64,000 bases of DNA from Planctomycetota bacterium (GCA_044222185.1 JBGANV010000011.1:32001-96000); one strand, 5' to 3'; shown: positions 46,706 to 56,949, counted from the first letter of the stretch. Notes: generated from the sequence alone by a model not told the origin. A program made the numbers and translations.

Positions 46706-48025
46706 ATGAACCACGGCACGTCCGTCCGACCCTCGTTCGCGAACATCCTTCGCGCTGCAACCATGATCGGGACGCTGATCGCCGTCGCGCCGGCACAAGC
46801 CGCTCCGACAGCACCTGCACCGTTTGGTTTTCGTCGCTTCACCGTCGCGTCGCAGTCGAGCCAGGCCGGTTTCGACGGGTCTTCCAGCCTCCACGACTTC
46901 TCCGGCAAGACGAAGAAGGTCGACGGCGAGATCCACTTCGACGAGCGCGTGCTGGAGCAGACCGCCGGCGGCCTCGTCGGCATCGACGCCGCATCGCTGG
47001 ACACGGGCGAGAAGGACCGGGACGCGGAGATGCGCAAGCGCCTCGCGACGGACCGGTTTCCCAAGATCACGTTCGGCCTCGATCACATCACCGGGTCGCT
47101 CGTGAATCTCTCCGGCACGGTGAAGGCGCGCGGGAAGTTCACGATCCACGGCGTGCCGCGCGAGCGGACGTTCGACGTCACGTTCGAAGCGACGGACGGC
47201 GGGTTCCGCGTGAAGGGCAGCTGCAAGTTCAAGATGACGGATCACGGCATCGAGCCGCCCGTGGCCTTCGTCGTGACGACGAGCGACGAGGTGAAGGTGT
47301 GGTTCGACGTCCTGTTCGTCCCAGTCGCCTCCGACACCGTGGTGGCGAAGGCCTGGGACGCGGACGTGACGGAAACCCTCACGCCCGCGCTCGGCGATCC
47401 GACCACCTCCCAAAGACGCGACCAGATCCTCGCCTTCGGTGATCGGCTCGTCTGGTATCGACCGGAGACCGGCACTGCCGCACAGCTCCAAGGCGAAACG
47501 CTCACGCGGCTCGATCTGCGGGCGGCGGCGACTTCCGGCCCGCCGGACGCGTGCGACTCCCAGTTCGGCGAAGCGCGGGGCCGCCTCGAGGGAATGAAGG
47601 CCAAGATCGCGGCGCTTCCCGAGGAGAAACGCGCAGCCCTCCTGGGCAAGGTCCAGGACACGATCAAGCGACTCGAAACCGCCATCGCACTCGCGCCGGA
47701 GGCGGGCGATGCCGTCGTCACGACCACCGAGGCGGCGTCCACGCTGAAGCTCGGCACGACCACCTGGCTCTCGTTCGAAGCCGCGGCCGGTGACGCCCGC
47801 CTCGGCACGATGCTCGGGGCGCTCGACGGACAACCTCGCGCCGTGCGCGCCGCGCTGCCGCGCCTCGTCGGAGTCCCGAGGACGCTGTCGCTCCGGACGG
47901 TCGCGCCAGCGGGAACGAGGACCGTGCGTTGGACCATCCAGCCGGTTGCGGACGTGGCCGTCCCGAAATGGATGGACGACCTCTCGAGCTGGACTCACGC
48001 CGCAGAACAAGGAGTCTCGTGGTGA
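46706..48025 (+). CDS. Secreted YceI (lipid/polyisoprenoid-binding) protein with additional C-terminal domain
   Basis: Signal peptide and YceI motifs (SLDTGEKDRDAEM, FPKITF, GKFTIHGV.R, MTDHGIEPP). C-terminal half has a short coiled coil. Confidence 0.85.
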   Translation: MNHGTSVRPSFANILRAATMIGTLIAVAPAQAAPTAPAPFGFRRFTVASQSSQAGFDGSSSLHDFSGKTKKVDGEIHFDERVLEQTAGGLVGIDAASLDTGEKDRDAEMRKRLATDRFPKITFGLDHITGSLVNLSGTVKARGKFTIHGVPRERTFDVTFEATDGGFRVKGSCKFKMTDHGIEPPVAFVVTTSDEVKVWFDVLFVPVASDTVVAKAWDADVTETLTPALGDPTTSQRRDQILAFGDRLVWYRPETGTAAQLQGETLTRLDLRAAATSGPPDACDSQFGEARGRLEGMKAKIAALPEEKRAALLGKVQDTIKRLETAIALAPEAGDAVVTTTEAASTLKLGTTTWLSFEAAAGDARLGTMLGALDGQPRAVRAALPRLVGVPRTLSLRTVAPAGTRTVRWTIQPVADVAVPKWMDDLSSWTHAAEQGVSW

Positions 48026-48552
48026 CCAGAACGCAACGCTCGGCCCTGGGGCTCGCCGTCCTCGCGGTGGCTGCGGGAGTGGTGATCTGCGTCGTCACGG
48101 GAGCATGCGCGGCCCCGAAGCCCGAGCTGCGCCAGGTCACGCTGGGCGAGGTTCAATCACCAACGGACGAGAAGGGACCCGCCGCCGACATGCTCGGCGG
48201 CACTCCCGCGTCGTTCCTCGTCGGCGGGAACGCCGACGTGGACGTGCTCATGGCCGAGCGCAAACGGCTCCATGGGATCTACCCCGCGGCGAAGCTCGGC
48301 GTCGTCATCGACGGCTCGGGGCTCGATGCACTGAAGTCCACGGCGCTCGGTGATCGCCTCGTCGAAGCCATGCTCGATGAGGGCGCGACCTTGCTCGTCG
48401 ACCGGACCGGAGCAACGGCACGCAGCCTCCGCGACGGCGCCATGGGGGTCCACCTCGTGCACGTGAACGCCGAATCACGCGTCGATGCGTCGGCGAAGCT
48501 CCCCGGCGCGTCCGCCGACGTGGAACGCGCCGCGATGGGATTGGTCCCATGA
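48022..48552 (+). CDS. Hypothetical membrane-anchored protein or lipoprotein
   Basis: GTGA overlap with the yceI-like gene and ATGA overlap with the next gene. N-terminal hydrophobic helix ending ...TGAC. Confidence 0.7.
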   Translation: MTRTQRSALGLAVLAVAAGVVICVVTGACAAPKPELRQVTLGEVQSPTDEKGPAADMLGGTPASFLVGGNADVDVLMAERKRLHGIYPAAKLGVVIDGSGLDALKSTALGDRLVEAMLDEGATLLVDRTGATARSLRDGAMGVHLVHVNAESRVDASAKLPGASADVERAAMGLVP

Positions 48553-49670
48553 CGTCCGCGGCGTTCGACCTCGCGGTGATCGGCGGCGGCCCCGGCGGTG
48601 CGAGCGCCGCGCTCTGCGCCGCGAAGATCGGCCTGCGTGTCGCGCTCTTCGATCCGGCCGATGCCTCCGCTGACAAGCCTTGCGGAGAGGGTCTCATGCC
48701 CGAGGGCGTCGATGTCCTCGAGTACATGGGACTGACGGATGTGCTCGCCCGCGCCCGCCCATTCGCGGGCCTTCGCTACGTCATTCCCAGGACGCTGCCG
48801 CTCGACGTCCCATTCGCGGCAGCCGGCCGATCGATCACGCGGCCCGACCTGCAGGCGGCGATCGACGCCGCCATCGACCGCGCGCCGACCATCGTCCGGT
48901 TTCGCGAAGCCGCGTCCGTCGGGCGCACGGGCGGGCGCTTCGACGTCCGCGGGTCCGAGGGGGCACACATCGACAGTTCCACCCTCGCGGTCGCCGACGG
49001 ATCCAGCGGCCACGCCGCAGAATGGCTGGGCCGGCGAGCTCGACGTCGGCGGACGCGCATCGGGATTCGCACGCGGTTCGAGGCACACTCGCCACTCGAC
49101 CGCGTGGAGATCCACATGGGGCACGCCTGTGAGGTCTACCTGACTCCGCTCCCCGATGGGCTGGTCAACGCGGCCATCCTGGTGGACGCCACTGCCGTGG
49201 AGCACAGGGACGTCGATGCGCTCGTCCTGTGGGCACTGGATCGCAACCCGCCGGCGCGCGCACGCCTGGGCCCATGCGTCACGAGGCCCGAGGCCCGCAC
49301 GCTTCACTCCTATCGCGCTCGAGAGCTGTCGGACGGACGCGCGTTTCTCGTGGGCGATGCGGGATGGGAGGTCGATCCGATCGTCGGATGCGGCGTGACG
49401 CTCGCGCTCCAATCGGGCCGTCTCGCCGCCGAGTGCGCCGCACGAACGCTGGGTGGAGTTGCCCCGCAGGAGATCGCCCGTCACTACGCCCGCAAGTATC
49501 ACCGCGTCGCCGAGCCGCGCGATCGCCTCGCGCGGCTTCTGCAATTCCTCTCGGACCACGCACGAGCAGCGAGCTGCGCCGCGTTCGTGCTGGCCCGCAT
49601 GCCGCGCCTGCTGGCTTTTCTCGCCAACAAGGCGGCGGGCGCGCGCGTCGGAACGCTCAACCGGTCGTGA
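48549..49670 (+). CDS. FAD-dependent oxidoreductase/monooxygenase (geranylgeranyl reductase-like)
   Basis: VIGGGPGG, DKPCGEGL, VADG, LVGDA...DPIVGCG. Confidence 0.9.
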   Translation: MTSAAFDLAVIGGGPGGASAALCAAKIGLRVALFDPADASADKPCGEGLMPEGVDVLEYMGLTDVLARARPFAGLRYVIPRTLPLDVPFAAAGRSITRPDLQAAIDAAIDRAPTIVRFREAASVGRTGGRFDVRGSEGAHIDSSTLAVADGSSGHAAEWLGRRARRRRTRIGIRTRFEAHSPLDRVEIHMGHACEVYLTPLPDGLVNAAILVDATAVEHRDVDALVLWALDRNPPARARLGPCVTRPEARTLHSYRARELSDGRAFLVGDAGWEVDPIVGCGVTLALQSGRLAAECAARTLGGVAPQEIARHYARKYHRVAEPRDRLARLLQFLSDHARAASCAAFVLARMPRLLAFLANKAAGARVGTLNRS

Positions 49671-50250
49671 CGGTGGCCTTCAGGATCAGCAGGGGTTCGG
49701 AGGGCGTCCCCGATCCGGACCCGCAACGTTCCAGTTCCTTCAGGACGTCCATGCCGCCCGTGATCTCGCCGTAGATCGTGTGCTTGCCGTCGAGGTGCGG
49801 CGTCGGAACGAACGTGAGGAAGAACTGGCTTCCGTCCGTTCCCGGACCGGCGTTGGCCATGCTCAACAGACCCGGACGATCGTGACGCACCTTGGGGCTG
49901 AACTCGCCGTCGAAGCGGTATCCAGGTCCGCCGCGCCCCGACCCCTCGGGGCACCCGCCCTGTGCCATGAATCGCGAGATCACACGGTGGAAGATGAGTC
50001 CGTCGTAGAACCCGAGCCGGCTCAAGTAGATCGTGCTCGTCACGTGCATGGGCGCCACGTCCGGCATCAGCCGCACGGTGATCACGCCCTTGTTCGTCTC
50101 GAGGTTCCAGAAGTACTTGCAGCCCGCGTCGAACGCGACCTGGGTCGGCTTCGGAAGGCTCGTGCGCCAGCCTCGGGCATTCTTGTCGATCTTCTTCGAC
50201 GCGATGAACGCGTCGACCGCGGCGAACGCAGCGTTGGTGTTCTCGGTCAT
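49657..50250 (-). CDS. Cyclophilin-type peptidyl-prolyl isomerase
   Basis: FYDGLIFHRVI.RFMAQGG, LSMANAGPGTDGSQFF, HLDGKHTIYG. Start ATG 50250. Confidence 0.96.
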   Translation of the reverse strand: MTENTNAAFAAVDAFIASKKIDKNARGWRTSLPKPTQVAFDAGCKYFWNLETNKGVITVRLMPDVAPMHVTSTIYLSRLGFYDGLIFHRVISRFMAQGGCPEGSGRGGPGYRFDGEFSPKVRHDRPGLLSMANAGPGTDGSQFFLTFVPTPHLDGKHTIYGEITGGMDVLKELERCGSGSGTPSEPLLILKATVTTG

Positions 50251-50380
50251 GCGATTGAGCTCCGTTGGGGTCGGCGATGGTAGACGGCCCGAGGGCCGCA
50301 TTCGAGTGCGCACCCGGCGGAGCGGCGTGGCCTGACGCCAGTCGGTGGAGGGAAAAGGGGGCCTCGCAGCGAAGCCCACC

Positions 50381-50391
50381 TATAATCCCGC
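50381..50391 (+). promoter_or_regulatory. Consensus -10 box TATAAT plus CCCGC, 8 nt before the kinase ATG (probable leaderless promoter)
   Basis: TATAATCCCGCGCC-ATG with no SD. Confidence 0.6.
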
Positions 50392-50394
50392 GCC

Positions 50395-53300
50395 ATGTCC
50401 ACGTCGTCCGCCTCCTCCGGCCCCGGCTCGCCGCTGGATCCGTCCCTCATGACGGTCGGCCACTACCGGGTCATTCGTGAGATCGGACGCGGTGGTCAGG
50501 GGACGGTCTACCTCGCCGAAGACACGCGACTCAGCCGCCGCGTCGCACTGAAGGTCGTCTCTCACGCCGTGCTCGGTGACCCGGCCGTCCTGCTGAGGTT
50601 CCAGCGCGAGGCCGCCGTCACCGCCAAGCTCGACCACCCGTCGATCTGCACGGTCTACGACGCCGGGCAGTCCGATGGGCTGTGGTACATCGCCATGCGG
50701 TACGTCGAAGGCGAGACCCTCGCGGGTCGAATCAACGCCGCCCGTCGAGGGCCCGACAGCGGAGGTCGCCTCGAGATCCGCTTCGATTCGACGACGAAGG
50801 ATCAGTCTCTCGGTGCCCGGTCCGTGAGCACGACGATCATCGAGCATCCTCGCAAGGAGGTCGGCAAGTCGGACACCACCGGCCCCACGACTCGGGGGGC
50901 GCTGCACGAGATCCTCGGACTGATGGAGAGGGTCGCCCGTGCCCTTCACGTGGCGCACGAAGTCGGCGTCATCCACCGCGACATCAAGCCGAACAACATC
51001 ATGTTGTCCGGCGAGGATCCGGTGATCCTCGACTTCGGACTCGCCCGTGACCTTTCGAGCTCGACGCTGTCGGTCGCCGACTCGGGCGCGCTCGTCGGGA
51101 CGCCCGCGTACATGTCCCCCGAACAGATCGCCGGCGACCGCGCAGCCGTCGACCGGCGAACCGACGTCTATTCGCTCGGGGTGACGATGTACGAATGCCT
51201 CACGCTCCGCCGGCCATTCGACGAAGCGACCCGGGATGCGCTCTACCAGGCGATCCTCCGCGGCGATCCGCCGGACCCGCGACGTCTGAACCGGGCGATC
51301 ACCGCCGAGATGGCCGTCGTCCTCGGCACGGCGATCGAGCGCGACCAGAATCGCAGGTACCAGTCGGCGCTCGCGCTCGCAGAGGACCTGCGTCGCATCC
51401 GTGCCGACGAGCCGATTCTCGCGCGGCCGCCGTCGATTCCCACGCGCATCGTGAAGTTCATCCGGCGCAACAAGACACCGTCGTCGGTGGCTGCGGCCCT
51501 TCTGCTCGTCGTGATCGCGCTCGCGACGGTGTGGTGGTTCAACCCCGGTGTGATCGCGGTCACGGTACGCGACCGCTCGGCACAGGTGCGCATCGACGAC
51601 GGCGCGGCGGTCGAGGTTCCCGCCAACGGCACGCACCGCTTCACCGTGTCGGCCGGACCCCACGCGGTCGAGATCATCGCCGTCGCACCGAAGACGGCAC
51701 GCACGTCGGCGTCCCACGACGAAGTCCACGTCCCTCGCGGCGGCGGCGTCATCAGCATCGAGCGGTTCGTGCCATCCGCCGATGGCGTGATCCAGCTCGA
51801 GTCGACGCCGCCCGGCGCGCACGTCGTCATCGTGACGGAGTGGGGCGAGACGATCGACGTGGCCCAGCCCACGCCGACGATGTTCAGCGTGCTGGCCGGG
51901 CGACATTCCGTTCGGTTCACGCTCGAGGGTTTTCCTCCGGGCGAGCAACCTCTGGATCTGACGCCGGGGGCCCGCGGCGTCTCGTGTCACCACACCTGGG
52001 CCACGGGGTCGCTGGCACTCTCGACAGACCAGGATGGCACCCAGGTCGAGGTCCTCGCCGCAAGAGGCCCGTCGAACGGTCCGTCGATCCGCACGATCAC
52101 GCTCCCCCACCCCGAGCCGATCGCGCTCCCCGCGGGCCGCTACACCCTTCGCACGCGCCTCGCCGAGCATGAGACGCAGTCGATCGATGGTGACGACGCG
52201 ATCGAGATCCGTCCCGGAGAGGTCAGCCGCAAGTTCGTCTGGCTCGAACCCTGGACCCGGACCGTCGACACGTCGGTCGCGGAGGGCGAGATGTTCGCGG
52301 TCATCGACCTGGACGGCGACGGCGTCTTCGAGCTCATCGCAGGCGGCGCGCACGGGGTCGTCGCGCTCTCGCTCCAAGGTGCGAAGCGATTCGACGTGGC
52401 GACGCAGACGGCCGTGACCTCGCTGGCGGAAGTCGACGTGGAGGATGCGGGCGCGTCGGACGTCGTCGTGACCACCATGGGAGGGGACGTGATCCTTCTG
52501 CGCGGCGACGGGACGCGGCGTTGGACCCGGACGTTCACCGCGCCCGACGCGCCGGTCGCGACCGACGTCCACCGCGTGGCCGTCGCGGATCTGAACGGTG
52601 ACGGTCGACCGGAAGTGATCGTGGGCCTGCTTTCCGGACGGATCGAGATCCTGGATGCGGTGAGCGGAACGACGACGGCGGCGACTCCCCTCGAGGATCC
52701 GCTGCGCGAGTTCATCGTCACCGACGTCAGCGGCGACAAGAACCCGGAGATCGTCGCGCACGTGATCACTCGCACGCCGACCTTCGCCGTGCTCCCCAAC
52801 TCGCGCATCGTCACCATCGGCGCGGACGGCCGGATCTCCAAGACGGTGCCGGTGAGCGTCCGAGTCGAGCGTCTCGTGGCCCTGGACGCCAGAAACACGA
52901 GCGACGCGCGGTTCGCGCTCGTCCTCTCCACGGGCAGGATTCTCGGCATGGGCGCTGGAGACGGGGCCCTCTTCGAGCTCCGTACGCCGTCGCGGGCGTT
53001 CGAGATCGACGGGTTCGCGTCGAGCGTCCGCACTCGCGACCACGCGCCCGTGATCGCCGCGTGCTCTCGAGACGGGGTCCTGGCGATCGCGCGCCCACCC
53101 GGAGGTTTCCGAACCTCCATGAAGATGACGGAAGCGGCGAGCCGTCTGACCTTCACCGATCTGGACGCCGACGGCGAAGACGAACTCGTCGCCGGTTCAG
53201 CGGACGGAGACCTCATCGTGTTCGGCTCCGATGGCAGCCGCAGGTTCGCCTCCCGCGTGGACGGGCGCGTCACGGCGGTCGCTCGCTGCCAGGGGCTTGC

Positions 53301-55356
53301 ACGCGCCGGGTTCGCCGTCGCCACGGAGACCGGCGAGCTCACGGTCTTCACGGCAGACGGCCGCAAGCGCATGGAAGCTCACGTGCGCCGACCGGGACAG
53401 CTCGCCTACGAAGACCTGGATGCCGACGGCGAACCCGAGCTGATCGTCTCCAGCAGCGGTGGTCGACTCACGGTGTTCGCACACGATCGCAGCCGGCGGC
53501 AGGTCCTCCGCACGCGGGGGCAGATCGCCTGCATCACGGGTGCGCAGATCGACGGCCGAGACGAGCTCGTCTGCGGCGGTCGATTCGGCGTGCAGCGTTT
53601 CGACCGTGCGGGAGCGACTCTGGCGACCATCCCGACCGCGGCGGGCGTGGACGAAGTGCTTGCGACCGATCTGGACGACGACGGAAAAACGGACTTCGTC
53701 ATCCGTTCGACGCAGGGGAACCTGGACGTCCTCCGCCCCGATGGCAACCCTCGCGCACGCTTCCGGACGAGCTCACCAGAGGCGATCGTCGCAGCGAATC
53801 TGGGACCCGATCGGCGCAAGTCGCTCCTGTACTCGACGCTCGCCGGCGATCTCCAACTCGCCTTCGCCGACGGCACGACGCGCGAGGTCCACCGCGGCAT
53901 CGGCTTCATCAGCGCGCTCGCGGTCGGTGACATCGACGGCGACGGCAAGCCCGAAATCGTCAGCAGCCTCGCTGCCGGACGCTTCCCCTACGGCCTCGCG
54001 GCCTTCCGAGTGGATGGGACGGTCCTGTTTTCGCAGCAGCGGCTCGGGGCGCCCATCCGCATCGAATTGCGCGACGTCGACGGGGATCAACGACCGGAGA
54101 TCGTCGCCTGGACGCACGGGCGCGCGAGTCCGATCACGCAGAGGAACGAGGCGCCGAAGCCGGGGCGGCTTTCGATCCTCCGCGGCGACGGCACGGCGGT
54201 CCTCGACATCACCCAACTGGACGAAGAGTCGCCCGCATCGCGGATCGTCGATCTGAACGGTGACGGCATCGCCGAGGTCGTCGCGGGCGTGCGCGTCGCC
54301 GGGCTCGAACACGGGATCGCCATCGTCGCGCTCCCCGGGCGGCGATTGGCGCAGTGGCGCATCGACGGGTCGTTGACGGCGATGGACCTCGCGGACGTGG
54401 ACGGCGACGCGGCGCCGGACGTCGTCGCCGTGAGCGGGGCCGGATTCGTGCAGGCGAACCGCGTGGACGGAACGCCGATCTTTCGCACGCGCGTTCCGGG
54501 CGCTCCGGACCACGTTCGCATCGTCGACTTCATCGGCGATGCGTCCCCCGAAATCGTCACATGGTCCGATCGGCGCGGGGCGACCGTCCTCGATCGCCTG
54601 GGGAGGCTCCTCTTCACGACACCATCGGACAATCCGACGACCGTCTGCGCCCTCGTCGAGGCCCCCGGACGCAAACGAGGGGATCTCGTGACGGGAGACG
54701 GGCTCGGCAACATCTCGCTGTGGAGCGTCAGTCGGCCGGATGAGCGGCTCCGCATGCGCGATGACCTGGAGACCGCCATCGCCGCTGCGCGTCACGGTGA
54801 TGAGGCTCGGGCGGCTCCCGCGTTCTCCACCGCGAGCCTCGCCTGGGTCGCGATCGATCCCGACAACGCATGGCTCACTCGCCTTCGCCTGGAGGCGGCG
54901 GCCATGACGTCGCCATCGGCGCGCCGGCTGGCAGCCAGATGGGATCACGCGGAGCCCGATTGGGTGGCCGGCATCCTGGCGAACGCGCGGTGGATCGCCG
55001 ACTCTCCGGCACTCTCGGTCACGCTGCGAACGATCGCGGGTGCCGAGGAGAGCGCGGTGGATACCGTGGCCGCGTCCGGCGACACCGGCTGGGTCGCCGT
55101 CGCGATCGCGAAACTCGCCGAACGCGCCGTGGAGGCTGCACGCCGGCGCGACCCGCACGCCCTCGCGACTCTCGCCGTGGCTCTGTGGTACGCCGACCGG
55201 GAGGCTGACGCCGATCGCGTGGCGACCGAGGCTCGGACGCGCGCGCTGGAACTGGGCGGCCGCGCGCGGGACGAGATCGATCTCGCGCTGAAGCAGCTCC
55301 GTGACTTTCCATCCGTGCCTCGGCCCGAGAGCCGCGGGACGCGCTCACCGCGCTGA
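50395..55356 (+). CDS. Receptor-like Ser/Thr kinase: kinase-TM-PEGA-like-FG-GAP propellers-helical tail
   Basis: IGRGGQGTVY, HRDIKPNN, DFGLA, GTPAYMSPEQ. TM segment, PEGA-like LESTPPGAHV, and about 10 DLDGDG..E repeats. Confidence 0.93.
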   Translation: MSTSSASSGPGSPLDPSLMTVGHYRVIREIGRGGQGTVYLAEDTRLSRRVALKVVSHAVLGDPAVLLRFQREAAVTAKLDHPSICTVYDAGQSDGLWYIAMRYVEGETLAGRINAARRGPDSGGRLEIRFDSTTKDQSLGARSVSTTIIEHPRKEVGKSDTTGPTTRGALHEILGLMERVARALHVAHEVGVIHRDIKPNNIMLSGEDPVILDFGLARDLSSSTLSVADSGALVGTPAYMSPEQIAGDRAAVDRRTDVYSLGVTMYECLTLRRPFDEATRDALYQAILRGDPPDPRRLNRAITAEMAVVLGTAIERDQNRRYQSALALAEDLRRIRADEPILARPPSIPTRIVKFIRRNKTPSSVAAALLLVVIALATVWWFNPGVIAVTVRDRSAQVRIDDGAAVEVPANGTHRFTVSAGPHAVEIIAVAPKTARTSASHDEVHVPRGGGVISIERFVPSADGVIQLESTPPGAHVVIVTEWGETIDVAQPTPTMFSVLAGRHSVRFTLEGFPPGEQPLDLTPGARGVSCHHTWATGSLALSTDQDGTQVEVLAARGPSNGPSIRTITLPHPEPIALPAGRYTLRTRLAEHETQSIDGDDAIEIRPGEVSRKFVWLEPWTRTVDTSVAEGEMFAVIDLDGDGVFELIAGGAHGVVALSLQGAKRFDVATQTAVTSLAEVDVEDAGASDVVVTTMGGDVILLRGDGTRRWTRTFTAPDAPVATDVHRVAVADLNGDGRPEVIVGLLSGRIEILDAVSGTTTAATPLEDPLREFIVTDVSGDKNPEIVAHVITRTPTFAVLPNSRIVTIGADGRISKTVPVSVRVERLVALDARNTSDARFALVLSTGRILGMGAGDGALFELRTPSRAFEIDGFASSVRTRDHAPVIAACSRDGVLAIARPPGGFRTSMKMTEAASRLTFTDLDADGEDELVAGSADGDLIVFGSDGSRRFASRVDGRVTAVARCQGLARAGFAVATETGELTVFTADGRKRMEAHVRRPGQLAYEDLDADGEPELIVSSSGGRLTVFAHDRSRRQVLRTRGQIACITGAQIDGRDELVCGGRFGVQRFDRAGATLATIPTAAGVDEVLATDLDDDGKTDFVIRSTQGNLDVLRPDGNPRARFRTSSPEAIVAANLGPDRRKSLLYSTLAGDLQLAFADGTTREVHRGIGFISALAVGDIDGDGKPEIVSSLAAGRFPYGLAAFRVDGTVLFSQQRLGAPIRIELRDVDGDQRPEIVAWTHGRASPITQRNEAPKPGRLSILRGDGTAVLDITQLDEESPASRIVDLNGDGIAEVVAGVRVAGLEHGIAIVALPGRRLAQWRIDGSLTAMDLADVDGDAAPDVVAVSGAGFVQANRVDGTPIFRTRVPGAPDHVRIVDFIGDASPEIVTWSDRRGATVLDRLGRLLFTTPSDNPTTVCALVEAPGRKRGDLVTGDGLGNISLWSVSRPDERLRMRDDLETAIAAARHGDEARAAPAFSTASLAWVAIDPDNAWLTRLRLEAAAMTSPSARRLAARWDHAEPDWVAGILANARWIADSPALSVTLRTIAGAEESAVDTVAASGDTGWVAVAIAKLAERAVEAARRRDPHALATLAVALWYADREADADRVATEARTRALELGGRARDEIDLALKQLRDFPSVPRPESRGTRSPR

Positions 55357-55367
55357 CCGCCGGCGAC

Positions 55368-56897
55368 TCAGTACCACTCGGTCGTGTACACGTTCTGCGT
55401 GATGCCCACGAGCGAGATGTTCGCGGCGACCGTCGCCGTGGTGAGGTCGAAGATCACGAGACGCGCCGGGCTCAGCGCCGTGAAGCAGCAGAACCGGGCG
55501 TCCGGCGAGATCGACGGCCCGTTGGCGCTCACGAGGAGCGGTGAACCCGCCAGGTACGGGGTGAGCACGTAACCCGGGCTCGCGGTCGGCGTGAAGTCCA
55601 CGCGGACGAGGGGCCCACCGCTCACCTGGTCCGTCGCGACGATGAACGATCCGTCGCGCGACTGGGCCATGCGGTTCATCACCTGCTGCGGCATCTGGAT
55701 GTGTTGGACTCCAGGCGTGATGACGTCGAAGTCGACCCACGCGAGCGTGGGCACGTGGAACCGCCCGACCTGCTGCGCGCCCAGACCACCGAACGCGATC
55801 GTCACCCACTCGTCATCGGGCGTCACGGCGACGGAGCTGGCCAGCACGAGCCCGCTGATGGAAGGACACGGGGTCGAGACGATCACCTGCATGTAGTTGG
55901 GACTCGTGGGATCGGTGTCGACGAGCTTGAGCGGGCCTGGCGAGAGGTAGACGCCGGGGACCGCCGCGATCCGCCCACTTGGCGACAAGGCCCACCGCTC
56001 GAGCCCGAACCCGCCGGCAAGTCCGGTGGTCGTGGCGAGTTGCTGGCCGTAGGTCGCGCTCGCGGGATCGGCGTCGATGGCCACGAGTTCGCGGAAGTTC
56101 GCCTGGTTGCCCGTGGTTCCGGGAGGGACGACACCCGTGAGAGTGTAGAGGCGCTTGAAGTTCGGGTCGTAGCCCAGGCCATAGGTTGCGCCCGGGCCCG
56201 TGTAGACCGTCGACCAGGTCGTGGGCGACGTGCTCCGGTCGCCATGCGATACCGAATTCGTGATGCTGCTCGCGACGAAGAGATCGAGACCGCCGCGGGC
56301 GAACACCGCATCCGTGACGTTGTTCGTGAAGTTGTTGCCTCCCGTTTCGACGACGGTGTTCGTCACCGGGCTCACGACGTTGTAGGGATCCAGACTGCCA
56401 CCGACGGACGTGCCGACGAAGATCTGGGGCGGCATCGTGATCTCTGCCCGCAGCCCGGCGCTCGCCGCCAGGTTCCCTGGGTTGGTCGGGTCGTCGACGA
56501 ACACCTGTGCATAGTCGACGAAGCCCGCGAAGGCGGGGTTCATGAACGTCAAAGGCAGCGGGAAGAACGCCGACCCGGCGGCAACCGAGCCGGGCACGCC
56601 GCCGAGCGTGATCGGGATCAGCAGGATCAGGTCACTCGGAGTCGGGCTGATGAGCACGTTCACGTTCGCGAATGAGAACGAGGCGGGCTGGAGCGAGATG
56701 CCGAGCAGGGCATTCCCGCCACCGACGCCGTTGGCGATCGAGTAGCCGAACGACGCGTTCCCCATCCATGCCTGCGGGCAAGTCAACGTGGGCACGATGC
56801 CTCCGGGCCCGGGCGATCCGACGCCGTAGGAATCCTGCGCCGATGCGGCACCACAGAGGACAAGAAGCAGCACGCTCGCATTCAATCTTCGATTCAT
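55368..56897 (-). CDS. Secreted beta-propeller protein with N-terminal copy of the shared beta-rich module
   Basis: ATG 56897 after GGAGAG/GAGG, signal peptide ending ASA-Q, propeller-like repeats (ALSPSGR, AVTPDDE, SISPDAR). Confidence 0.82.
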   Translation of the reverse strand: MNRRLNASVLLLVLCGAASAQDSYGVGSPGPGGIVPTLTCPQAWMGNASFGYSIANGVGGGNALLGISLQPASFSFANVNVLISPTPSDLILLIPITLGGVPGSVAAGSAFFPLPLTFMNPAFAGFVDYAQVFVDDPTNPGNLAASAGLRAEITMPPQIFVGTSVGGSLDPYNVVSPVTNTVVETGGNNFTNNVTDAVFARGGLDLFVASSITNSVSHGDRSTSPTTWSTVYTGPGATYGLGYDPNFKRLYTLTGVVPPGTTGNQANFRELVAIDADPASATYGQQLATTTGLAGGFGLERWALSPSGRIAAVPGVYLSPGPLKLVDTDPTSPNYMQVIVSTPCPSISGLVLASSVAVTPDDEWVTIAFGGLGAQQVGRFHVPTLAWVDFDVITPGVQHIQMPQQVMNRMAQSRDGSFIVATDQVSGGPLVRVDFTPTASPGYVLTPYLAGSPLLVSANGPSISPDARFCCFTALSPARLVIFDLTTATVAANISLVGITQNVYTTEWY

Positions 56898-56949
56898 CCT
56901 CGTCTCTCCATCGAACGACGTCGTCGGCACTGTCGTGCGACGCGCGCCG

